Source of the DNA: a virus
Virus record (IMG/VR): IMGVR_UViG_3300045988_025866
Span: 1 to 40,648 of that record
Length of the DNA: 40,648 bases
Direction: 5' to 3' (one strand)
This document shows positions 1 to 6,392 of the stretch, piece after piece. A program made the translations under genes and the position numbers. Position 1 is the first letter of the stretch, and each line of letters begins with the position of its first letter. A model generated the notes under the pieces. The model was not told the DNA's origin, made no database searches, and saw only the letters and a program-made list of their open reading frames with translations.

Positions 1-55
1 CCTCTCCTATCCTATCCTCTCCTATCCTATCCTCTCCTATCCTATCCTCTCCTAT
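1..55. repeat. 15-bp tandem repeat CCTCTCCTATCCTAT (3.7 copies), coding (EDRIG)n on the minus strand
   Basis: Direct reading gives (cctct cctat cctat) x3 followed by cctct cctat. Nt 1-49 are identical to nt 40600-40648. Confidence 0.95.
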
Positions 56-454
56 GCAACCATTTGTCTGACATTTGGTTGTCAGTTGGTTGTCAGTTGG
101 TTGCACATCTGACAACCACTGATATTTATTGCCTTCTACCAGTGCTATTTGTTGCATTTCCTCTGCGAATCTAGTGGGTTTCTTTCTATCCTTCCTAATA
201 GAATTGTGTTCTGTCCAATCTGTTATAACTACCACTCCACTGTTAAACAACAGTACATAGTTGCCCTCGATTAGAAGTTTCATGTCTTCTTTCGTTGTGC
301 CAACCAATCGCATGATAGTTTTAGGGTTTCCGACAAAACCATCATCGTCAGCCTCTAGGTTTAAGAAGAAGTATAAAGCCTTTGTTGTAGGAGGTAAGTC
401 AAGAAAATCATCAGTCATTACGACATCTCTACTGAACATCCTTCTATTTGCCAC
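1..454 (-). CDS. Phage replisome organizer / replication initiator, N-terminal part (ORF runs off nt 1 and resumes at the window end)
   Basis: GTG at 454 lies 5 nt after GGAGG (460-464). The translation (M)ANRRMFSRDVVMTDDFLDLPPTTKALYFFLNLEADDDGFVGNPKTIMRLVGTTKEDMKLLIEGNYV shows the Phage_rep_org_N signature. The frame stays open to nt 1 through IGE(DRIGE)n. Confidence 0.85.
   Translation of the reverse strand, partial: MANRRMFSRDVVMTDDFLDLPPTTKALYFFLNLEADDDGFVGNPKTIMRLVGTTKEDMKLLIEGNYVLLFNSGVVVITDWTEHNSIRKDRKKPTRFAEEMQQIALVEGNKYQWLSDVQPTDNQLTTKCQTNGCIGEDRIGEDRIGEDRIGE
63..118. repeat. Iteron cluster, putative phage origin embedded in the replisome organizer gene
   Basis: TTGGTTGTCAG occurs at 75-85 and 86-96, with a partial copy TTGGTTGCA at 97-105. 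An inverted copy CTGACAACC lies at 109-117, and TGTCTGACA lies at 66-73. Confidence 0.6.
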
Positions 455-474
455 TTGTTCCTCCTTTTCTTTTG

Positions 475-545
475 TGTTATAATCAAGTAAATCGTTTTGA
501 TGAACGTTGCACCTTTTGGAGTTTTCCAAGGGTGCTTTTTTTAAT
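475..545 (+). ncRNA. Candidate ~55-nt cis-antisense sRNA (promoter plus intrinsic terminator) opposite the leader of the replisome organizer gene
   Basis: Plus strand carries TTGTTC (455-460), a 17-nt spacer, and TGtTATAAT (475-483). A hairpin GCACC-TTTTGG / CCAA-GGGTGC (509-535) is followed by T7 (536-542). No ORF lies between promoter and terminator. Confidence 0.4.
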
Positions 546-570
546 GCCTACCCTCCCACCGCTGCATGTT

Positions 571-894
571 CTATTGGTTCGCCAAGGATTCTAGGAATGC
601 TTTGATGCCATCTTTCATGGATTCTTCATGCTCCGTGCGTTCAAAGCCCGAGCCGTCAAGCTTAGATACGTTGTATTCGGCTTCTACGATAAGCACTTCG
701 CAGCCAAACACTTCAGCAAGCTTGTCAATGCCAGCTTTTTGTTTTTCGTATGGTTCGATTGGTAGCTGTAGCGCTTTCCAAAGTCGGGAATCAAAAGTCG
801 CTGTAAAAGCTATGTTCCCTTTGTCTTTATAGCTCGTAAGAAAGCTATCCTTTTCGGCGCTGTAAAATACGACTTGTTTGTTATTTTCTTTCAT
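571..894 (-). CDS. Hypothetical protein (107 aa) directly downstream of the adhesin gene
   Basis: ORF with an ATG start. Its start codon lies 3 nt after the adhesin stop. No recognisable motif. Confidence 0.6.
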   Translation of the reverse strand: MKENNKQVVFYSAEKDSFLTSYKDKGNIAFTATFDSRLWKALQLPIEPYEKQKAGIDKLAEVFGCEVLIVEAEYNVSKLDGSGFERTEHEESMKDGIKAFLESLANQ

Positions 895-896
895 GA

Positions 897-2741
897 TTAT
901 TCTTCCTCACCTTCGTTGTACTTCTTAAATCCAAGAGTTAAAGCAGTGATACCTGCTGCAATCACTACCAATCCTAAAGTGCTAGCGACGCCTTCTTTTT
1001 CTCCAGTGTTAGGCAGAACACCACCGTAAACGGCTGTATTTACCGCCTCTTTTGGCTCAGAATCGTTTTTATAAACAACCTCGGTAATTTCTACCTCTTT
1101 CGCTTTCGGAGCGTCTACGGGCTTGCTAGGCGCTTCTTTCGGTGTGCTAGGTTTTTCTGGTGTAGGTTTAGTTGGTTCCTCTGGAATTTCAAGCTCTGGC
1201 AAGTCCAAGATAGGTGCATCATTTGGAACCACTCCACCCTCGAATGGTGGAAGCTCACGTTCTTCTGGAATACCCGGGATGCCACCGTTAAATTCTGGTT
1301 TCTCACGAACTTCTGGGATGCCCGGAATACCACCTTGGAACTCTGGCTTGTCATGTACTGGTGCTTCATTTGGCACTGTGCCGCCGTTCCATTCTGGGAT
1401 TTCCACCTTAGGCGCATCGTTTGGAACCGTACCGATAGGCTCGGTATACTCCGGCAATTCTCTAACTTCTGGAATGCCGGGGATACCACCCTCAAACTCT
1501 GGAATTTCAACTTTTGGAGCTTCACGAGGGATCTCGAATGTTGGTTCGGGTTTATTCTCACCACTGGCATCACCTTTACCACCGACCAAGACGGCACGGC
1601 TAGAAGATGTAGCACCATCATTTTCGGCTTTCAACTCAACCTTGTTGGTTGGGTTGGTTGAATCTTTAACCGCATTGACAAGTTTAGTTTTGTACCAGAT
1701 ATAAACCATACGATCAAGGCGATCCATTTTAATTTCAAACCCGTGGTCTGATTTAGCCATTGACTTGATAAGTTCCATTGCTGACCCTTTATCCGTCCAA
1801 GGTTCAACGCTATCGACATAATTCATTACAAAATAGTCGTCTACAAGCTTTTGATTGTCGCTCATAGTATCGATAAGTGTCACATAGTTTAGGACACGGC
1901 GTGCATAGTTGACACGAATAGTCCAGTCAATCACAGTAGGGTCATCCTTGTCTTGGCTACCCCACTTAGCGACCAATTCATCCTTGCCGATTTCTTGTTC
2001 TTTGCCGATGTTTGCAGTAACGACTGTACCGTTGAAATTAACGGTCACAGGCTTACCTGATTCAACGGCATCCGTCCACTTAGCATCTAACTTCAAGCTC
2101 ATTTGCTTGTTCAATGGGTGGTTTTTGAAGTAGTCATTGAAGATTGTAGTAACTGTTTGGGTTGCTACGTTCGTAGACGCTTTACCAACCACGTTATTCT
2201 CTGGGTTTTTCACATCAAAGTCATAATTTGTTTGGAAAGTGATTTCCTTTGGCAAGTTGAATGTGACTTTATCGCCTTCGTTGATAGCCATATCGTCAGG
2301 GAATTTCACATCCTTGTACTCGACTGTGAAGCCTGAATATTTTCCGTCTCCATTAGATTGGTCGATAGCAACATCTGGATTTGTTACTTGAATATTGTCA
2401 CCTTCTTTTACAAACTCAGTAGGCTGTTTAGGTGTTTCTGCTACTGGTTCAGTGACTGGTGCTGTTTCAGTAGTTGGTGTGCTTGCTACTGGTGTTTCGG
2501 TAACTGGCGCTGTTTCCACTGGTTGCACTGTTTCAGATGGTGTCACGGTCACGTTGCCAGCGTTGTCAGCAGTATAGACATTAGATACAGTAGGTTGATT
2601 ATCTACTACTGGTTGAGCAGTTTCGTCCGCTGATACTGATCCAGCACCGATAAGCAATGCTGTAGCAAGTGCCAATGTGCCGCACAAACCGTATGCTTTA
2701 GTGTTTTTGAAAGATGGTTTTGCAATTACTTGTGTTTTCAT
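897..2741 (-). CDS. LPXTG cell-wall-anchored surface adhesin, MSCRAMM / collagen-binding (Cna-like) type, with Pro-rich repeats
   Basis: ATG at 2741 follows AAGGAG. The signal peptide is MKTQVIAKPSFKNTKAYGLCGTLALATALLIGAGSVSADE. The A-region carries IDWTIRVNY, typical of Cna-type collagen-binding folds. Degenerate repeats read PEF(E/Q/N)GGIPGIPE(V/E)RE. LPNTG (1002-1016) is followed by a hydrophobic helix and the tail KKYNEGEEE. Confidence 0.9.
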   Translation of the reverse strand: MKTQVIAKPSFKNTKAYGLCGTLALATALLIGAGSVSADETAQPVVDNQPTVSNVYTADNAGNVTVTPSETVQPVETAPVTETPVASTPTTETAPVTEPVAETPKQPTEFVKEGDNIQVTNPDVAIDQSNGDGKYSGFTVEYKDVKFPDDMAINEGDKVTFNLPKEITFQTNYDFDVKNPENNVVGKASTNVATQTVTTIFNDYFKNHPLNKQMSLKLDAKWTDAVESGKPVTVNFNGTVVTANIGKEQEIGKDELVAKWGSQDKDDPTVIDWTIRVNYARRVLNYVTLIDTMSDNQKLVDDYFVMNYVDSVEPWTDKGSAMELIKSMAKSDHGFEIKMDRLDRMVYIWYKTKLVNAVKDSTNPTNKVELKAENDGATSSSRAVLVGGKGDASGENKPEPTFEIPREAPKVEIPEFEGGIPGIPEVRELPEYTEPIGTVPNDAPKVEIPEWNGGTVPNEAPVHDKPEFQGGIPGIPEVREKPEFNGGIPGIPEERELPPFEGGVVPNDAPILDLPELEIPEEPTKPTPEKPSTPKEAPSKPVDAPKAKEVEITEVVYKNDSEPKEAVNTAVYGGVLPNTGEKEGVASTLGLVVIAAGITALTLGFKKYNEGEEE

Positions 2742-2797
2742 GGTATAATCTCCTTGGTATAATTTTCTTGCACAGGCCCTTACCTGTGCTTTTTTAG
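2741..2797 (+). promoter_or_regulatory. Two tandem extended -10 boxes plus an intrinsic terminator, antisense to the adhesin translation-initiation region (candidate 26-40-nt antisense RNA)
   Basis: TGGTATAAT occurs at 2741-2749 and 2755-2763 on the plus strand. GCACAGG-ccctta-CCTGTGC (2770-2789) is followed by T6 (2790-2795). Confidence 0.35.
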
Positions 2798-2962
2798 TGC
2801 TCTCAACGTGCACCCATAGCCCCACCGTGTCATGTTTTAATTTTTATTAGACTTGTGAATGGGAAAATTAGGAAAAAAGTAATTTAGTAAAGATTTTTTT
2901 GGGGAAAGGTATAAGTTACACTCCACGGCAGGGCCATGGCTACACGCTGAAAGATAGTAATA

Positions 2963-3118
2963 TTATCGGTTTCCGTATTTTGCTAAGAGGTATTCCTCAC
3001 GTTTTTTGCGAGCTTCATATTTGCGTTCGTTTTCCTCGTATGGTGTCCATACGGGTTCGAAGAAATATTCTGGTTCTTGTTTTTCTTTTACAAATAGCCA
3101 TTTAAGTAGTTTTTTCAT
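2963..3118 (-). CDS. Small hypothetical protein (51 aa), below the ORF-track size cut-off
   Basis: ATG at 3118 is preceded by GAAAGAAAGGAATTAACA. The translation is MKKLLKWLFVKEKQEPEYFFEPVWTPYEENERKYEARKKREEYLLAKYGNR, ending in TAA at 2963-2965. Confidence 0.5.
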   Translation of the reverse strand: MKKLLKWLFVKEKQEPEYFFEPVWTPYEENERKYEARKKREEYLLAKYGNR

Positions 3119-3263
3119 TGTTAATTCCTTTCTTTCCCTAACCGCACTAGAGAACTAGTGAGGATTATTAATATATTTATTTTTAGGAGAGAATTCATAA
3201 TGTCATTTGTTTAGTACTGCTTACGTTCCCTCACTAGCTCACTGTTACGGCTAGGGTGTTATG

Positions 3264-3545
3264 TTAGGCAATTTCTTGCCAGTTATTGTTAAACCAATCT
3301 CTGACTGCATCCCGTGGGTATCTGATTTGTGACCCTCGACCTTTATCGATTTTTGGAAAACCGTCAAGGTTGGTTATTCGTAAAAATTCGGTATAGTTGC
3401 CAATTCCGAGCATTGACTGACACTGTTTAGCAGTTAAAATCATGGGTAGCGTTTCGTCTAAATCGAACGCTTTTGTCTTATCTGCTATCACTGCGGTCAG
3501 CATGCTATCGAACTGGTCAGCTAGTGGTTTGAATGGGTCTGTCAT
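3264..3545 (-). CDS. Excisionase-family / MerR-like HTH DNA-binding protein (93 aa)
   Basis: An internal ATG at 3545 follows GAGGGG and sits just after the stop of the upstream gene (3550). The segment ILTAKQCQSMLGIGNYTEFLRITNLDGFPKIDKGRGSQIRYPRDAVRDWF resembles the Xis/AlpA-type winged helix. Confidence 0.65.
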   Translation of the reverse strand: MTDPFKPLADQFDSMLTAVIADKTKAFDLDETLPMILTAKQCQSMLGIGNYTEFLRITNLDGFPKIDKGRGSQIRYPRDAVRDWFNNNWQEIA

Positions 3546-3549
3546 GGTG

Positions 3550-4086
3550 TTAACCCCTCTCAAGAGCGATAATCTCTTTTTGTTTTGGTGTCTCACGAAT
3601 TTCAAATTTTGTGAAATCGTCGTAAGATAGATTTTCCAAGAATTTGACGGCATTTTTAGCGTCAACATGTTTGATATTGGTGTACTTGGTCACATTGAAA
3701 GCTTTCTTCAAACGTGAGTACATCAAGCGGATAAACTGACCTTTCTTGGATGCGAACAAGTTATCGCTTGGATGTGTTTTCTGTTCTTCAAAGTAGAAAT
3801 CAGCAAACACGCCAGCTTTTTGAAAGACAATGCTCTTGATTTTAGTAGCTTCACCATCATCGATATGGACTTTCTTGTTAACTTCTTCGACAAGCAACTC
3901 AATGTCAGTGAGCTTTTGATTTGTCTTCTTAACGTTTCTGTCCATTTCTTCCTTGATTCCGATAACCTCTTCCAAAAGCTGTTGGTTAACGGTGCTTTGG
4001 GCAACTAGATTCATCGCTTGTTTCTTCTGCATTTCGACTGTTTCAGCGAGCAGATTTTCTTTTTTCTTGTCTTTTTTCTTACTCAT
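3550..4086 (-). CDS. ORF6C-domain protein (antirepressor-associated C-terminal domain)
   Basis: Coiled-coil N-terminus. The C-terminal segment FIRLMYSRLKKAFNVTKYTNIKHVDAKNAVKFLENL matches the ORF6C pattern as I recall it. The start overlaps the upstream gene by 8 nt. Confidence 0.6.
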   Translation of the reverse strand: MSKKKDKKKENLLAETVEMQKKQAMNLVAQSTVNQQLLEEVIGIKEEMDRNVKKTNQKLTDIELLVEEVNKKVHIDDGEATKIKSIVFQKAGVFADFYFEEQKTHPSDNLFASKKGQFIRLMYSRLKKAFNVTKYTNIKHVDAKNAVKFLENLSYDDFTKFEIRETPKQKEIIALERG

Positions 4087-4978
4087 TTATGATTTCTCCT
4101 TCTATGATCGTTCTTCCATTTTCTGGAACGATTTTATTCATTTCCTCTAACCAGTTTTCAGTTAGCGTTAGGATGTCCCTTAATTTCTCAATCTGGGCAT
4201 CCTTGCCAATTCCTTGAATAAGCGTTTTAAATCTGAGTGGTGCCATCTTGTTATCAAAGAAATCTTCGAATTCTGACACTAGGTTACTGAGTGTAAAGAT
4301 GTTAGAAACACTGTTTTCTAGCTTCTCTTTGTCCGCTCGTAAGTGTTCGATAGATTCTTTCAAGGCTAGTGCTTCCGAGGTTTCCTTTTCGAGCATTTCA
4401 TAAGACGCTTCTTTAAGTCGCAAGCTACGTTTGACTGAATCAAGCTCATCCGTTAGGTCTTTATTCTTGCCTAGTAGTTGCTTGTTAAGGTCTTGTGTAG
4501 CTTGGTAATCTTGTGGAATGATTTCCTTTTCGATTACCTTTTCAGTGGTCTTGGTTTGTTTGACACGTTCCAACTCACCCTTGACCGCTTCTAGTGCTTG
4601 GTCTTTGAGTTTGAGACGACGCTTGACCTCTTGCAGTTCTCTGACCGTTGGTGATTCGCCTTGCTCAATCTTTTCAATCTGCTCTTGCTTCTCTTCTTCT
4701 GGAAGTGTTGCGATGAGGTGTAAAGCGGTCGTTCCTAAATGTCGTAACGTTTCGACTTTTGGCAACTCGTCGGCAATCTTTATTGATTTATAAGCAAAAT
4801 CTTTATCAATTCCAATACTTTCATGCCACTCTCTAAATTGTCCGTGTGTTAGGTCGTTTTCTTTAACGTACTTCAACCGTCTTCCAATTTCCCAAATTGA
4901 TTCACCGGCTAATTTTTGGTGGTGCCTTATTTCTAATTCAATTTGAGAAAGGTTGTTCGATAATGCTATTTCGTTCAT
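4079..4978 (-). CDS. DUF3102-like early protein with long coiled-coil C-terminus
   Basis: The N-terminal segment IWEIGRRLKYVKENDLTHGQFREWHESIGIDKDFAYKSIKIADELP fits the DUF3102 pattern (HG.W..W ... A.....A). The remainder is a heptad-rich coiled coil. Confidence 0.6.
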   Translation of the reverse strand: MNEIALSNNLSQIELEIRHHQKLAGESIWEIGRRLKYVKENDLTHGQFREWHESIGIDKDFAYKSIKIADELPKVETLRHLGTTALHLIATLPEEEKQEQIEKIEQGESPTVRELQEVKRRLKLKDQALEAVKGELERVKQTKTTEKVIEKEIIPQDYQATQDLNKQLLGKNKDLTDELDSVKRSLRLKEASYEMLEKETSEALALKESIEHLRADKEKLENSVSNIFTLSNLVSEFEDFFDNKMAPLRFKTLIQGIGKDAQIEKLRDILTLTENWLEEMNKIVPENGRTIIEGEIINE

Positions 4979-4995
4979 TCCTATTCCTTTCCGTT

Positions 4996-5004
4996 TGATA
5001 TAAT
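4996..5004 (+). promoter_or_regulatory. Extended -10 promoter TGATATAAT for the plus-strand gene 5030-5356
   Basis: The sequence gTTTGATATAAT (4993-5004) sits 26 nt upstream of the ATG. The same 11-mer TTTGATATAAT recurs at 5697-5707. Confidence 0.5.
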
Positions 5005-5029
5005 AGTTTTAAAAGAAACGAGGTACTGT

Positions 5030-5356
5030 ATGATTATCATTTCACGAAAAGCTAGAAAATTATTAAAATCATTGCTTGATATCCGAAAATCCCAAGAATC
5101 TCCTCGCATTAAACCTGAACAGTATGAAAAACTGATAGATGAACAAGGCGAACCGCTCGGCGAATTGGTTTACCACAAGTTAGTGATTCAAGACATCGTC
5201 CATGACATCGCCGTTACTGACGAGGGGATTTATTTTTATCAAGCCTACAAAGAACATAATAGATATCTTTGGTTGACTTCATTTTGGTTTCCGCTAGCCG
5301 TTGCTTTCGTGACAACTGCTATCACACTAGCTGTCAATTTTTTATTTTTTAAATAA
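5030..5356 (+). CDS. Hypothetical C-terminally membrane-anchored protein (108 aa), opposite strand to the surrounding early genes
   Basis: RBS is AACGAGG. It has its own extended -10 promoter. The C-terminal TM segment is LWLTSFWFPLAVAFVTTAITLAVNFLFF. Confidence 0.6.
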   Translation: MIIISRKARKLLKSLLDIRKSQESPRIKPEQYEKLIDEQGEPLGELVYHKLVIQDIVHDIAVTDEGIYFYQAYKEHNRYLWLTSFWFPLAVAFVTTAITLAVNFLFFK

Positions 5357-5476
5357 AACCCAAAAAATCAACGTTGCCAGAAATACCCCTATAAGACTTC
5401 CGATAATTGCAAGTGCAACATCGTATCCGTCTAAATTCCACTCAAAGAATTCTTTGAGTTTTTTTAGTGTCTTCAT
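5342..5476 (-). CDS. Small hydrophobic peptide (44 aa), below the ORF-track cut-off
   Basis: ATG at 5476 follows AGAAAGGAGCAAAC. The translation is MKTLKKLKEFFEWNLDGYDVALAIIGSLIGVFLATLIFWVLFKK. Its 3' end overlaps the convergent plus-strand gene by 15 nt. Confidence 0.45.
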   Translation of the reverse strand: MKTLKKLKEFFEWNLDGYDVALAIIGSLIGVFLATLIFWVLFKK

Positions 5477-5681
5477 GTTTGCTCCTTTCTAAATTAGCTT
5501 TATCAGATAATGCTTTTTCCTTTAAAACATTAAGACCGAATGGATCTTCTTTGATTTCCAAGCAGGTTTTTTCAATCTGTTCAGCTTGGTTGATAAGTAT
5601 TTCACGGTCTTTGTTTCTTGCCTTGAGTTCTGCGTCGATAGACTCAAGGCTTTTTGCGATGCGTTCTAATATTTCGTTCAT
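5442..5681 (-). CDS. Hypothetical coiled-coil protein (79 aa)
   Basis: ATG follows GAAAGGA. Charged helical sequence with no recognised motif. Confidence 0.55.
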   Translation of the reverse strand: MNEILERIAKSLESIDAELKARNKDREILINQAEQIEKTCLEIKEDPFGLNVLKEKALSDKANLERSKHEDTKKTQRIL

Positions 5682-5698
5682 AGTATCCTTTCTGAATT

Positions 5699-5707
5699 TG
5701 ATATAAT
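5699..5707 (+). promoter_or_regulatory. Extended -10 promoter TGATATAAT for the plus-strand gene 5740-5955
   Basis: The sequence aTTTGATATAAT (5696-5707) sits 33 nt upstream of the ATG. Confidence 0.5.
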
Positions 5708-5739
5708 TGACTTATCTTTGATGAAAGGAGAGACAAGTC

Positions 5740-5955
5740 ATGATTGAAAAATTTGATGATTTCTTAGAAGCTAAGTATCCAGAAATTCGAAGCGGTATCA
5801 ACGAATCTGTTAGCGAAGCTTTGAAATCACTTGCTGACAACGGTATTGAGTTTGATAGCGAAGTTGTTGCTGTTTCAAGTGCTATCGCATTCAATACAAC
5901 TTGCGAGATTCTAAAGGCTTATGATTCATATGTGCAAGAGCACAAGAATCAATAG
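5740..5955 (+). CDS. Hypothetical acidic protein (71 aa), opposite strand to the early operon
   Basis: Strong RBS AAAGGAGAG, its own promoter and its own intrinsic terminator. Confidence 0.6.
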   Translation: MIEKFDDFLEAKYPEIRSGINESVSEALKSLADNGIEFDSEVVAVSSAIAFNTTCEILKAYDSYVQEHKNQ

Positions 5956-5983
5956 TATTCATTACAATCTCTAAAGCTTTATT

Positions 5984-6015
5984 AGCGTTTACCACTTTTG
6001 GTAGGCGCTTTTTTT
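5984..6015 (+). terminator. Rho-independent terminator of the 5740-5955 gene
   Basis: AGCGTTTACCA-cttt-TGGTAGGCGCT forms an 11-bp stem including two G-U pairs. It is followed by T7 (6009-6015). Confidence 0.7.
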
Positions 6016-6065
6016 GTCCAATATACGGATATCGTTTTGGTTTCATGTTTGTTCCCTTTCTAATC

Positions 6066-6083
6066 TATACGAAATTTCGTATA
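6066..6083. promoter_or_regulatory. Perfect 18-bp palindrome TATACGAAATTTCGTATA, candidate distal operator
   Basis: It lies 17 nt downstream of the cro-like stop. A 14/18 match (tatgctaattttcgtaca, 6337-6354) overlaps the -10 and spacer of the lytic promoter. A weaker copy lies at 6399-6416. Confidence 0.5.
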
Positions 6084-6099
6084 TCTAGGTTAAAAAAAT

Positions 6100-6303
6100 T
6101 TAGGCTTCGACACGTTCGCTGAATAGGTATTCTAATTCATATTCTGGGAAGAATGCCTTCTTGATAGCTACTGTTTCACCAAAACTGAAATCTGTAACAC
6201 CGTTAATCTTGCTACGAACCGTGCGGTAATCAACTTGTAGCAGGTCAGCGATGTCTACTAATGTAACGCCTTTGCTCTTACGAATTTCTTCGATGTTTTT
6301 CAT
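6100..6303 (-). CDS. cro: Cro-like XRE-family HTH regulator (67 aa)
   Basis: HTH segment GVTLVDIADLLQVDYRTVRSKING. RBS is GGAAGGAGGAAG. The gene is divergent from the cI-like gene. Confidence 0.85.
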   Translation of the reverse strand: MKNIEEIRKSKGVTLVDIADLLQVDYRTVRSKINGVTDFSFGETVAIKKAFFPEYELEYLFSERVEA

Positions 6304-6332
6304 TTGCTTCCTCCTTCCTTAAGCTTGATTTA

Positions 6333-6361
6333 AGTATATGCTAATTTTCGTACACTGTCAA
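6333..6361 (-). promoter_or_regulatory. Early lytic promoter (PR-like)
   Basis: On the minus strand: TTGACA (6361-6356), a 17-nt spacer, then TATACT (6338-6333). Confidence 0.7.
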
Positions 6362-6392
6362 CACAAAAGTACGATTTTTTTTACTTTTTTTA

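Noticed and set aside
1-55. The short regular repeats at both window ends could be taken for a CRISPR array.
   Set aside because: The units are 15 bp (5-bp sub-period) and directly abut with no spacers. They lie in-frame inside a recognisable replication gene, where they encode (EDRIG)n.
261-832. Plus-strand ORFs 261-482 and 566-832.
   Set aside because: They are antisense to the replisome organizer N-domain and to the 107-aa gene. They use TTG or weak starts without an RBS.
1115-2633. Overlapping ORFs lie on both strands inside the adhesin gene: 1115-1621 (-), 1123-1704 (+), 1335-1661 (+) and 2358-2633 (+).
   Set aside because: They are shadow frames of the repeat-rich adhesin ORF, which alone has a signal peptide, an RBS and an LPXTG sorting signal.
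2899-3105. Plus-strand 68-aa ORF between the adhesin and the Xis-like gene.
   Set aside because: It has a TTG start and no RBS. The opposite strand holds a 51-aa ORF with a strong RBS in operon orientation.
3145-3256. CACTAG/CTAGTG hairpin (3145-3160) and long-range complementarity CTAGTGAGG (3155-3163) with CCTCACTAG (3229-3237), possibly an attenuator before the adhesin cassette.
   Set aside because: The stems are short, there is no U-tract, and the comparative support I could evaluate is absent. It is noted only as a structured leader.
3546-3668. A longer 134-aa version of the Xis-like ORF starting at 3668.
   Set aside because: The extension overlaps the 3' end of the ORF6C gene by 119 nt. 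The internal ATG at 3545 has its own RBS directly after that gene's stop.
5891-6046. Minus-strand 51-aa ORF (MKPKRYPYIGQKKR...) with an AGAAAGGGAAC RBS just after cro.
   Set aside because: It overlaps the better-supported plus-strand gene 5740-5955 by 65 nt and runs through that gene's terminator. It may be real but cannot be decided from sequence. ORF 5712-5894 (-) is rejected for the same reason.
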